DNA from: Phoronis australis
Lineage: Eukaryota; Animalia; Phoronida
Assembly (NCBI GenBank): GCA_002633005.1
Contig: NMRA01000052.1
Coordinates: 150,613-214,612, forward strand
Reading direction: 5' to 3'
DNA length: 64,000 nt
The position numbers were made by a program, and so were the translations under genes. Under the pieces are notes generated by a model. It was not told the DNA's origin and ran no database searches. It was given only the letters and a program-made list of their open reading frames with translations. Shown piece after piece: positions 24,601-36,733 of this stretch (position 1 is its first letter; each line of letters opens with the position of its first letter).

Positions 24601-25348
24601 CCCTAAATCCGACACTGGTCTGTAACGTAGGGCGAAATTTCAAAATCAATGCATAATGCATAACTCCTTTTGAAGGCAAATGCCCGCCGGCCAGTCGCTC
24701 CCGTAGGAAGGCCGTGCATGGTACTCCCATGCAAACTATCACTTGTTTAACAATTTCTACACTTCTAGCTATCACTGAGATTTAAGGGCTTTTGATGTAT
24801 CTATACATGTAACAATCGACTGAAAAAAGCACTCTGGCATTTACCTTTCTCACTATGTTCAGTAGGCTGTCGAGGGATCCTACACAGCACTCGTTGTTTT
24901 TTCTTTCAATATCCCCTTCTAAATCCAGGTCGTTGAAGGGGTCCAGTCTATAACACGGCAAACACAGCTGTTTCCTGGTGTTTTTGTTTTTAGTCATGTT
25001 TCCCGTGCCCTGAATTGTTCCCGTTGGCACATCGGGCCTTTGAAACAGCAACAGCACAACAAATGAGGCGGTGCTAAGTAACGAAAGAGTTGCTAAGACA
25101 ACAGCGCAAATGGAAACTTTTCTTTGTCTGGTATGGTCTTTTTTCAGCATGCGGTGCTCGTCTATGAGCACTAGATAGTCACTTGAGCGCTGTGTATCGT
25201 TAAACTCAAATTGCAGGTTATTTGGCCAACGGTGCAGACCATTCGGGTCGAAGTGCTCGGATCGATCGTCTCGGATTTGAAGTTCGACACTGCTGTCCTC
25301 GCGCTCTGACGTCTGGTACCCATCGTCGCTCACACTGGTGGACGACAT
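18686..25348 (-). CDS. TNF ligand superfamily member A (type II membrane, 348 aa); exons 25348-24845, 21037-21001, 19673-19584, 19101-18686
   Basis: Exon 1 has a cytoplasmic tail, TM helix VSICAVVLATLSLLSTASFVVLLLF and CLPC-x21-CC. Exon 2 is 37 nt (VTANRINREISQ). Exon 3 has KPSALLV (THD strand A). Exon 4 has W, LIIQRTGLYFVYAHVSF, LQRGDQLYLKV and TFFGVFML*. All junctions are GT-AG and in frame (1047 nt). Confidence 0.9.
20026..20182 (+). mobile_element. MITE family R2 (CAGTGGCGGAT-type TIR, hAT-like)
   Basis: cacaggcggatccag...aatccgccactg flanked by 5-bp TSD aaacg; homologous to 24448-24617 and 35555-35713; related ends at 48-61 and 9105. Confidence 0.8.
21640..21993. mobile_element. TIR-bounded non-autonomous DNA element in TNF-A intron 1
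   Basis: Subterminal inverted repeats gtttgcctttacccgacc (21669) / ggtcgggtaagggcaaac (21951); ends taggtc.../...ggcctta. Confidence 0.6.
24448..24617 (+). mobile_element. MITE family R2 copy (TNF-A intron 1)
   Basis: taggggcagatcc...ttttgcccgtcagacattcgcac...aaatccgacactg; TSD gtctt/gtctg. Confidence 0.8.
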
Positions 25349-25574
25349 GACGGTCAAATTGGCAGGTAGACGGCTTCACTACTGTGTTGACTACGGGCCA
25401 GTGTGCTGTGTATTCTGGTCCGTCCTGGATCATAAAACACGGTGTTTATCAGTGAACCGCCTCCCCGGGAAGATAGGCCTTAATAATTAAGAAATTGCTT
25501 TTCTTAGAAGCTCTCGAGATCGATACAGTTTTGTCCCATTTGTCGCTCACTTTTGAGAACGTTAAATTTGAAAT

Positions 25575-25700
25575 GGTTAAGTTTCCCGAATTGAAATGTA
25601 TTTGTGGTTTATTGTTAGAATCACCAAACAGCCAGTAGCAATTGCCCGATAACAAAATAGGCCGCCGGGGAAGTCCACCGCGTACACACAATTCCCTGTA
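25575..25700 (-). promoter_or_regulatory. Cluster of kappaB-like motifs upstream of TNF-A
   Basis: GGGGAAGTCC (25667-25676, +), GGGAATTGTG and GGGAAACTT (-) lie 230-350 bp upstream of the ATG; imperfect consensus matches only. Confidence 0.3.
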
Positions 25701-27938
25701 CATGTAACTATACAAACACAACAAAGGCAACCGAAACAGCGATCGATTCGCTGTTTGAACATATACCACGCTCGTTTTTAATTGGTCACCGATGTGATTT
25801 CAGAAAGACTTGCGTCTATTGTTTCCAATCTTCCTCTCGTTCTCAAACACGTCAGTAATACTTAGCATAGATCTTGACTACTGTGGTAAATCTTCGTTTA
25901 ATAATTATGACAGTTCTTGTATTGAATTCGAACCAGCAATTCCAGATTCCTATTTATACTTTATAGACATCGTGCCAAAATTTGATTTGTTTATAATCGG
26001 GTCACTATTTGTAATAATGGAGAATAAACATTCACATACTGTTTGGCATTAATTCGTCAACAATTCCTAATGCCAAAATGTCACAAACTGCTCGCCTTTC
26101 CGAGCTGAATCATGGAGAAACGTGAAGGTCAGATATCACCGAAACGAAGTGGTCGCTGAAATGAAACTATGCATCAAATATTTCATCTGAACTTTGCTCA
26201 AATAAACTATCCCACGGCATCTGTGCCAAAACTTAGGTGTTAGATCATCTGCTGAAGACAATGCAGTTTTATGTATCCGGCTTATGTGTCACGCACTTTT
26301 TAAAAATCGCTGTGAATTATATTACTCATAGCGTATTTCGAAAATCATGGCGTGCCAACATATTTGTAAATGTCAGTAGGACTACAACTCTTAAGTTTTT
26401 GGTCAGTGACGCACTGACACTATCAAGATATACCTAACTAATCTACAATACTTTTCCAATTTTTACCACCGCAGATTAAATAGAAATTAAGCGAAATCGA
26501 AAGAAACCCGTTCATTGTACCACTTCATGTTGCTATGATTTTCATCAGGTAAGGGACAGGGGTGAAGAGGTGTGCTCGTTGGGGTTGCCTAGTCCAGTCC
26601 AGTTGTGAAGTACCGAGTCGACGCAGGCTACTTTATTGAGAGTAGACCTCCAATGAGAACTGCCGCGTGCTCCTCCTGTAGAAAATAAATCTTGATTTTG
26701 ACCAGTTACGGTTACGAAGCTTTCCTCAACTTGTTCCGTACGGGTCAAGTTAACTTACTTGAGCTTGATCTAAAGTAATGGAAAGCTGTCAGTTTTTCAA
26801 AGGCTCAAAATTTCTTCCAATCTGAGTGGCAACATCTACATGTAGGTACGCGGTAAAACGAGAATTTTCAACGAAATTCGACTTGATGATAATTGGCAGA
26901 TTTTGCGGCAATATTCATTTCTAAATTCGAGCTTGAAACTACACAATAGTATAAATCTCAAGCACAATAGTATGAAACAAGTACATTTACTGGAATACTT
27001 TTGATAGAAGACTGGCGTCTAATTTTCTTATTTGTCCAAAAAGTGGCTTCTCTTGGCGCATAAGTCGAGTCCTTTACGCATTAGACTTACGACCCTATAC
27101 TATTTGAAGCGATTCTAAGGCATTTGTGAGACAGAGCAACAATTAACATAGGATTTGCGATAATATACAAGTCTGTGTGAAGTTTAAGTGGAGACAAAAA
27201 TTGAATTGTTTTGTATTGTGTTAGAGCGTGTCGTCTGAGGTGATGACGACTCACGTAGTTTTCTTTCCATTTCCTGATTCAGGACACGTATGTGTTACAA
27301 ATTTACAATCGGTTTTCATTCTTTGGACTAGAAGCGGAAATTGCTATTTGCCCTGTCTGTAAGATATTGAATACTACATAGATATGGGCCGATCCCGAGG
27401 TTGATAAAAGGGCCGGGGTCTATTCGTTTTACTTGAAATTGATTTAAACATTTTCCATTCAACTTTAGTACGATCTCCACTTAAGTGTCGATTATTCCGA
27501 ATTTAAGCATATTATGGTTCACGTGGATGTCTGCATAATCCTACTATGCACTTGACCCCATCATTAGATCTATAAGTCTGAGTCTGAACTCTTAATCTCG
27601 AGATTAAGTTACTTGAAATCTCGAGTTTTCACTTCAGTTTCATAGCTAAAATCTAGGGTTCATCAAGGGCGAATTTGGGCTTCTCAGTCACTTGCGAAAT
27701 TCATGTAATACTCGAACACGGAATATTAGACAATTATCTTGAGCTCGCAATAAAAGAAAACGAAAAATGTTTAAAATATCTTCTAGTTCAAAAGATGAGA
27801 CACCGGGTCCTGGCTTGTCAAGTGGACCCTGAGGTCGAGTCGCGTTTCAAGATTGTGACTTGGTATTCCCAAAGGCTCGGTCTAAACTTTTGAATTAGAA
27901 CTCTTCCGTTATTACATTAGTCGGTGGGTCAGATTTTG

Positions 27939-29450
27939 TAGGGCCTCTAGAAAATGGTTTTTGTGAGTACTTTAGGGGGGCAATTTTATTTTGGTGTTTT
28001 TTAATTCATTTATTAGAGTGTTTTCATAATCTAAAAAGTTCCCACATATAAAGTTGCACATTTTTGAGAAATTTGAGTTTGAAGTTACCTAATAATCACC
28101 AAAGAGCTTAGTATACTTATATTTGTAAAAACAATAGTTTTGGTGACTTTTTGTAAAACAAGTAATATGGTCCCATCAGTGCCATTGTATTGAACAATAT
28201 TACACTCACATTACATGTTTTACTATTGTAAATTAATTGTAACCAGCGAAATTTAAAAAATGTAAAGAGACACCTAGTGGCAAAAATGCAAACTAAGTCT
28301 GAATGTTAACAGGAAGTTATTCTGGCATTGTCAGGCAACAAAAATAACACAAAACACTTGAGACTGGGCAAAATTTGTGCCTCGATGACTAAAACATTGA
28401 CTAATGGTGTAAAACACAGCTTGTTTGCATAATACACCAGAAATACCGTGTTATAGTACAAAAACAATATAGTTGAATGATCTCTGTGAATGTGCACAAA
28501 CACTGTATGAAAATAATAGATTATTCTGACAGCGTTTATCAAGCAGTATGAGACAAATACATGACAATGATCAAAGTATGTACTTTCTATGACTTAATCA
28601 ACAGATAAAATTAACTTTTTAATACAAAAAAGGAAATAATGTGGTTGGAGGTCTATTTAGGGTTGACTTGTCAAAGAACTATCCAATGTTATGAAGTCAG
28701 TGTTGCTGATGTTACTACAGTTGTCACAGCTGCACATTTCTGTACAGCATTGCAGCACAAACTCAGTTTCCCAGCACACTTGTTCTTTTTGCACTTGCAG
28801 CGTTCATCGTTTAGTACTGTCAATGGAGATGCAGTCATTGCCATACATATTGCTCCACCGCCAAGGAGCCAACTATGGTCGATTAGAGAGGGTACAGCAC
28901 TGCACACTGGTGATTAGCCTGCAGGCAATGAAGGGTCAAACACTAAGTTCTTGTTTGGAGGCGGGCACTATTTGGGCAAACGTTTGATTCAAAATATGTT
29001 ATAATGGGCTGTGTTAATTAGAGTCAGCAAGTGAATTACTGAACACTAGCCTCAATTCACTTTCGTATCTCTTAGTCGGGCACAAACTACAACAGTGAGT
29101 AGCTTCAACAATATTTCTTAAGATTGCCTATCCAAATAACTTCATGCACACCAGCTTTCTGAAGAACAGCTTCAAAGTCTTGCTTTAGTTTTGAAAGGCA
29201 AATGACATCTCCTTGTGTAAGAAGCTTCGATTCAATGAACTCCAAACAAAACTGTAGAAAAACATCTCTGAAAACTGTGAATTCGTCACTCTTCACAATC
29301 GTTGTCTTTCTATTTTTTATAGCATGATGATCTGTGATACTTGGCTTCTAAGACACAAGGTCTTTATCTTTGAATTTCATTTGCATATTCAGGGCTCAGG
29401 ACTGAGCTGTTGCTTGCGATACAAGACCAACTGAAAAAAACCTGAACTGT
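27939..29450 (-). mobile_element. Degraded, internally deleted Academ(X)-like DNA transposon remnant
   Basis: Frameshifted fragments LHCLQANHQCAV (cf. LHxxRANYQ), DHSW and C-terminal Cys cluster RCKCKKNKCAGKLSLCCNAVQKC (28689-28930), plus N-terminal-type helical fragment VFLQFCLEFIESKLL...LKKY (29105-29296). Possible TAG terminus at 27939; boundaries uncertain. Confidence 0.55.
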
Positions 29451-30245
29451 TAACACTAATTTAACATTCAACTATGAGTGAGTTGGCATGCAACTTTTTC
29501 AGACGGACTTATCAGGAACTGATCCACCACCAGCCTAACAAATTTACATGCCGTCTGATCTGTAGCCTAATATTTTTTTGTTGATCGTCTAATAATTAAA
29601 TCAGTTGCTGCAACTGAAAATAAATCAGTTGATATACCAGTGCAGTGATTGAAATTTATTTTTTTTAAATCAGATGCTCAAACCATAGTCAATCGATTTA
29701 CACTTATGGTAATCGACGTTTGACGAAATGGACAGTGGCTTCCATCGTCCTCAAATTTCGACGGCGACAATGGCTACTTAGGCACTTTAATTTAATTATC
29801 ATTGCAGCTACCTAAGTAGTTAATGTTTACAAAAAATTGAGACTACGGCAGGGGATGACGGCCACTTGGGCATGTTGTTTGCAACCATCTACTCCATTTA
29901 ACCTTCTCAAAAATTTTTTACTTAAAGTGCTTTAAAATCACACCCACAGTACAACGCCATAGAATTATCCCTTAGCGCAAGCAGTGTCAATGTGGCAACT
30001 GATTGGAGTGTTCGAAAAACAGGATTGCAGGAGTATTTGTTTAAACTGGGAACAAATGAAAACATTAACGACCTCCTCCGAGGCATCTCTCTACGCGGTA
30101 CTTCTAAACTTATAGGAACATAATTTGCCGAAAAGTATCCGGCATATGGAGTACCTATTACATCGGTCTCAAACTGTTCCTCGATAGAAATGCGTATAGA
30201 TTGTGGGCTAGTAAGGAGCATACAAACCGTCATGCGTGAGACCCG

Positions 30246-30403
30246 GCCAGCATCCCGTTCAGTAATGCTGGGAACTCGCTAAAAAGCAAAACTTCGCGAG
30301 ATTGCGTGAGATATTGCCGTGTATTTTAAAGGAGAACACGTGACTTTGGCTAGATTTAGCTAGGTCCTAGCGTAGGTCCTGGCGTTACTGAACGCACTCC
30401 AGG
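30246..30403 (-). mobile_element. MITE family R1 copy
   Basis: Reverse complement of 3907-4052 (cccgttcagtaa...cttcgcgagattgcgtgagatattgccgt...gttactgaacgcactccagg). Confidence 0.8.
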
Positions 30404-30585
30404 TTCTGCAGGTTGTTGACTTGCCATGTCTTATATTTGGAGCATGATCTCAAGCGTTAACATGACCACCAGTGTAAGACCAAAAGTCACTTCTCATTCA
30501 CAGTACACGAAACTCAGTTTTGGTCCGAATTTTTCATCCAGTTCTCTGAAACAAAATGTTCTCTAACCCTGGGCAACCCTCAAAA

Positions 30586-30830
30586 TTTTGGAGGAAAATT
30601 TGAAAACTCCTTTCAAAGCCTGCTAAACTGACAAGCGTGACATACGCTTTTAGCGATTTACAACGTAACTGTAGGAAAAGAATACAACCAACTGAAGGAT
30701 TATAACATCCAATCTGTGAGATAAGGAGTATGAGTTTTTAGTTGATTTTTACCTTAAATTTCCAAGATTGACCCCATTGGTGCATTAGCACGTGACAGAA
30801 CGAGTCTCGATTGAAATCATCAATGACCAA
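30586..30830 (+). repeat. Interspersed repeat, second copy at about 40046-40280
   Basis: Shared tttgga.g.aaatttgaaaa...tacgcttttagcga...aactgtaggaaa...tccaatctgtga...ggagtatgagtttttagttg...tgcattagca.gtgaca.aacgag. Confidence 0.75.
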
Positions 30831-30880
30831 CAATTTTATAGCGGCAAACGGTCAAATCAAAGTTACTTTCTTTGACGGAG

Positions 30881-31027
30881 CCTGGCGTGCGTTCAGTAGA
30901 CGCTAGGACCTAGCTAAAACCTAGTCAAAGTCACGTGTTCTCATTTGAAATGCACGACAATATCTCACGTAATCTCGCTAAGTCTTGCTATTTAGCGAGG
31001 TCCTAGCGTTACTGAACGGGAGGCTGG
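30881..31027 (+). mobile_element. MITE family R1 copy
   Basis: cctggcgtgcgttcagtagacgctaggacct...aggtcctagcgttactgaacgggaggctgg. Confidence 0.8.
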
Positions 31028-34000
31028 GTTTATGGCCGCTTGAAAACTTATCATATGTCAAAGCAATTAGACTTCACTACTGCTAATTATTGTAAATTGC
31101 TTGTATGACAAACTTTTGTAAGTGTGAAGTGACTATACAAGTACTCAGGCACAAGTCGGTGGGATTTGTTCAGTTAGAAGTACCGTGCATAGAGAATCCT
31201 ACACGAGTCTCAGGTTTATGGCACGGGCAAAATCTCTTGGGAATTTCGGCAAAATCCCGAGACTTGCCGATGCATTTTGATTAAATTTCCAAGAGGTTTT
31301 GCCCATGTCATAAATCTGAGACGAGTGTAGGACTTGTCTTCTCACATGAATCGTAAAAACGATCTTTTTTGCCGAAAAACTCGACGTGTCTAAAATTTTC
31401 AACCACATGATGCAACTTTTGTAAAAACACACTTGCGCAATGTAAAGTAATTCAATTACCGTTTGTTAATAGTTTTATTTAAAGTTTAATTGTAAATTGC
31501 GTTCAGCTTTCGTAGCAAATATTCGAGTTAGAATCAAATAAATAATCTTTTAAGTTGCAATATCAAAACTAAAATAGGGTTTATAAATAACAGTCAGCAA
31601 GGTTTCCCCGCGCGTGAGCACTGAATTGACCTTGAGACAGCACAGCTAGACAGTCTTGCTACGTATCTTGATTAGGGGCTCGTCTCCGTTTGAATGAATG
31701 AGGATATGGAATTCGCCGTCGAAGATGAGTCTATTTAAGAAGTTCGTTGCATGTCCTTCCGAGTGGGAGTACGTACAGTTGCGACACCCGATTTGTCAAT
31801 CATAACCTTGTTACCTTTTCTGAATTCCAGCATTATTTGGTTGGCGCGAATTTGGCGGTTGGGTTGTTTTAGTGTTTTGCAGACGATAAAATGTAAGGCG
31901 TATGGATGTCTACTTTGCACTACTTTGTGATTCGTGGCACATGGCATTGGCCGGGCTCACAAACGTGGAAATTTCAAATCCTCAGCAAAATGAAAACTAC
32001 TTGGCGCCCGGGGTCAAAATTATTGGGAGACCAATCTTGGGATCCCCGTGCTGTCTCCCTCCCTGTTCAAACCCCGTTGTTGACGTTTGACACAAAAGGT
32101 CAAACCTGCAAAACTTTAAAATAATACAGATTCATGACTTCGACTACCGGTATTATCGGATATTAACCCTGTCTTAGCAATTAACATTTAAAAACAATGT
32201 TTAGTAGACAGTGACTGTCGTAGTAAATTTAGAGGTAAGTATGCGCCCGGATCGATCGCCGGAAAGGGGCATTACCCATTTCCTGTTATCCTTTCCCAGC
32301 AGCCCTTGAAGGTTAGATGATGACGTATTTGGCAAACCCTTTCCGGTTTTTACTTTATATCCTTTCCTATTATGGAGCCAGGGGGATCCAATCATGATGA
32401 AATCACCACCCCCCCCCACCAAGTGATGAAGGGAGTTAACTGTCCCTCTTATCCACTTTCTTGATGACATACCCTTTCAATTCAAGGGTTCCTTTTAAAC
32501 GTCTTCCTCTCTTGGAACGGCTATGGGCAATGGTTCCTTTGCCCCGGGATGTCACCTACTCATGAGGGGTAGTATTTGGTCGAGAAAACCACAGCAATTT
32601 CGAGACATGCGACCCACCCATCCAAATATTGTGATGCTATATTGAAAAACAATAGAATTGGCCGCCAACCTAACGACAGATTTTTGATGATCTTGAAGAC
32701 CACAATTTGTGGATTACACAGGATATTCGTGGTGGTTAATAACGATGAAAATTTTCTTAGAATATTATTTCTTTTGAAGATCGTTTATAGGAAAGCATTC
32801 TTGACGGAGAGAGAGTTTCTCGTACGAAAGACGCAAACGTCAGGTTATGATTGTTGATTACCCTCTAGAAGTTACACCAGAGGGCGTGCTCGGTGACCCT
32901 TTTAGTTTTTCATTGTTTTGCCACGTGACCACCCTATGTGTCAAAGTTTAATAATTTCTTCTGATAACCTCCAAAGGTTCATTGGTGTTTGATTTGCATG
33001 TTTATGTATCAAAACATATGAAATGATGCTTAGATACTTTTGATATGAAATGTCAGCGTATCTTGAAGGAATTTGATAATCCTTCAGTGCAAGCTGAAAA
33101 GTCGGGCCTTCCCCAAAGTAACGACTTGCACTAAATGTTCTGAAATAATCGTCTAAGAGATTGGCGTTTCTGTGAATTTTGACTTGAGCTGATGAAATTC
33201 TTATTAGGGATCATCTACCACAAAGTCATCTACCCGTGCTTCAACAAGAGGTTTTAAAATGGCCCTAAAGGCAATATACCAGGGCTCCTGAAGTCTCACA
33301 CTTTCAAAGTTTGTCTTCAAGTCATGACCTAATAAAGTGAAATTTCTCCAAATTGGCCTTCACTAAAGTGAATCTTGATCTAATGCCTCATTTCCACTCT
33401 CCAAACTAGACGCAAACTGGAACCGTTTCCGTGTTTATTGAAGTACGAGGTGGTGTCCTTAGGCCTCGTATTTCACTGCCTCGGTAGAATAATCTTACGC
33501 TACTTTTATATCCCCTAAAATATCATTGTGGTAGCACGTCTTTTTGATATCCTAATAATTTAAAGTGGATTTCGTTATAACACCTCGTTTAAGATCAAAA
33601 TCATATCCTCAACAAGTAAGACGCGTTCAGGTCTAAAAGGGGATTCTTTCTCGTGAAACGTTAAACTACGAGAACCTGAGTTTCTGGTAGTATACCGCTA
33701 TCCAGAATTTGCACCGTAACAGCATAATCTGGCGCATGTTCCATAGACGCGAGAATCTCACGAAAACGCAAGGTAACCCGTCATCTTGTGTGCGTGGAAT
33801 TGATGACGACCAGGCGGGGAATCTGAAATTTGGAACCACATGGAGGAGGGGGGGGTTCGCGATGTCGATTCAGTCTGTGCCCGCCAGCAATGTTCTTTCT
33901 CCTACGTCCCTGGACGCAAATGAATGTAAGTGCAGTGCGAAAAATATATGGACTGACTAACATATGTTTCGCGGGTAAATGAGTAAGGGCAAACTTATGT

Positions 34001-34344
34001 GTCTTAATTTTGGGACAGCGCACCTGCGTAGGTCCATGGTCAGCAAGCGTGGTGTTGGGGACCGTTAAATCTGCAGCTATGTCAACCCAGCCGTAAACTA
34101 TACAGGGCAAAACTGACCTTTCAGTATACGACTAAGATCAGATGTGTCACGTGATAGTGTGCAGCAGTTGCTTGAAACTGATCAAGTACATGTGAGTACA
34201 GAGATGTATCTTACAACCATGATCTGTAAAATAATTTTATTACATACTTGTATCTGGATTGAAAGTGAATTTTAATACAAAAAATCCTTAACTTTCATTA
34301 CAACTGGTCAAACACTTGCACAATTACCTCTGTTAAGAAACTGT

Positions 34345-34583
34345 CCTGGGGCCTGTTCCAACAAACTGACTAAGTTCATTTTTTACTTAAGTTTAAGATT
34401 TGTCTTAACTTCCACATTCGGTAAGTTAGTCAAAATTAAGATAAAACTCATGTCAAACACACAAGTCAAACTTAAGACCTTTTTCTTGAATTGGTTATGA
34501 CACAAGTTTAACTTTTATTTTAAAATTTACTAAAATTTAAGATTCGTCTTAGCTAAGTCACTTTTTTTAGAACGGGCCCCTGG
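34345..34583. mobile_element. CCWGG-ended MITE (Harbinger-like), related copy at about 5381-5592
   Basis: Ends cctggggcctgttc / gaacgggcccctgg with internal gactaag/cttaag inverted motifs. Confidence 0.6.
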
Positions 34584-35046
34584 TAGTCGATCAATGAAGT
34601 GATGTGAGGTTCGACGTCCACTTAGTTTTCAATCACGACTGCGTCAAACAAATTCAAAACTCATGTTTGCCGAGAGTATATTCTTTTGATCCAGAAATAA
34701 ATAACTTATCATAATCCAAATTGGAACGCATTTTACGATAAGAATTACCCCAGGTTTAGTAGCTTTGTGAACTGCAGATGTTTTACATTTAACAAAACAC
34801 GACGCTAGTGAATGCAGCAGTTCCATAGAGCATTTTGATTTGCATAGCTTTCTAGCACAGAGGTAACACAATCATATGCTATTACTATTTACAAAAACAC
34901 AGGCAGAAAGTAATTTACATTGAGCAAAAACAGCAATGGGACTCTTTATCCGTGAGCGTTCATGAAAAAGAGCAGGCTACAAATGTTCACGAGACGATGT
35001 TTCAACATAGTACCAAATCACACTGCACTGGCAATTATAAATAAAA

Positions 35047-35246
35047 CATGAGCACACCCAGCCTTCAATATGGGGGGCTCGAATTCCTGACGTTGTGGAC
35101 TTTTGCTAACAAAAAAAAACGTGAGCACCACTGTGAAGTGCGCGTTTGCGATTATTTAGTCCCACTTGTTTGGACTTTTTGTCTCTCAGGGCCGGACCTT
35201 CTTGCCCACTTCGTCAAATGGGGGGCTCGTTCAAGCCCCCCNCATG
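35047..35246 (+). mobile_element. MITE family R3 copy
   Basis: catgagcacacccagccttcaatatggggggctcgaattcctg...catg, 5-bp TSD taaaa. Confidence 0.75.
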
Positions 35247-35317
35247 TAAAATCAGCCTCTTCTAAACATAAAAACACACACTGATGCGTGATTCATGAAA
35301 AACATTACTCGTGTCCC

Positions 35318-35385
35318 CATGGGCGGCGCAGCACTGAAACAAGTGGGGGCTATAGCCCCCAACCCCCTATGGTGCGCCGCCCATG
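35318..35385 (+). mobile_element. MITE family R4 copy
   Basis: catgggcggcgca...tgcgccgcccatg perfect 13-bp TIR; TSD gtccc/gtccg. Confidence 0.75.
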
Positions 35386-35554
35386 GTCCGTTCAACTCAA
35401 GTTTCCCATGTCAGATTTCCCGTCGAGTAATTCAGTAGTAACACGTAGCGCTAACTAGGTCAAACCGAAATAGCAAACTTTGAATTACCGGCGGTGAAAC
35501 TTTCCGTTGAGGCAACATTTGGCCATCTAATGTGGTTAAGCACGCGAGTAGTAA

Positions 35555-35713
35555 CAGGGGCGGACCCAGGATTTTGAGTTAGGGGGGGCAGGGCAAAGTA
35601 TAAGCCAGGATTTTGCCCGTCAGACATTCGCACAACCCCCTTCTGCCAAATGAAATCTGGGAGAATTTTAGGGGGGCCATGGCCCCCTTGGCCCCCCTCT
35701 AAATCCGCCACTG
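35555..35713 (+). mobile_element. MITE family R2 copy
   Basis: caggggcggaccc...aaatccgccactg; 6-bp direct repeat tagtaa on both sides. Confidence 0.8.
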
Positions 35714-36733
35714 TAGTAAGATGTCGATGTCTCCGGGTCACGTTTTCCTGAAGTTCGCCTCAGTATTTATGCTGTTACATAGCCCTCGTTACAAAGAAAA
35801 TACAATTGAAGCCTCAAATCAAATTGCAATTTCATATTATAACTATCACCGATCATTTCGGCATCGGTTGACTATGACAGTGAAGCCTGCAAACAACAGA
35901 CGAATTATCTGCCAAGTTACTATGTCCGAACAACCCGGCAGCATTCACCCACTGCCACCTGAATGCAACATCAAGCGCTGTTTTCGACATTTAGATGTTA
36001 TTCTTAAGAGAAATCCGCATTTTGTCAATTCGGGTCTCTGTAGAGCGAAACACTAAAAATCGACTTGTTCACCCGACTTACGGTTCTTCACCACGCTACC
36101 GTCCAACTCGGATAGCGGACTCATGGATTAAAAAAAAACAAGACCAAGTTTTCCCCTGAAACATGAACCAAAACAATGGTTTCTAAAGATGGCATCGCAC
36201 GTCGCATAAGGACGAATAACAGAAAGAGACAAACAAAAATACAAACCGTGGTATTGCCGAATAGGAATCTCTTAAAAAAGCAGTACCGTATTCATTGGGC
36301 AAAATGCCAACGAGTGTTTGGCTCGTGTGATGATACCGTGTTTGTGTTCGGGCCACCTGTAGCAGTCGGCTTGAACATAGTCTTCTCGCGAAAAAAGTGT
36401 GAAAACCAATGAGTACAATCCAAACGAACACCTACATTTTTCACTATGACGATTGATTGTCACTGGGAAATCGTTTTCAAGAACGTTCACATGATTAAAA
36501 GCACTTTTTTGATAGAGTAACAACACTAATGCCAGAATTAGGTCTTTGCTTTTGGAGACGAAGCAACGGAATTCAACTATTCAATATCGCCATAGGCTCT
36601 CTAAGCCTTACGTAAGTACATTTTTATCTCAAAGCCTTTCTACAGGCATATGTTCATTTGTAAGACGGATCGCTATTTGTTTTGCTATCCTCTGAAGATA
36701 AAAAGTCAATGGGTCAAGATATTTTGTCATACA

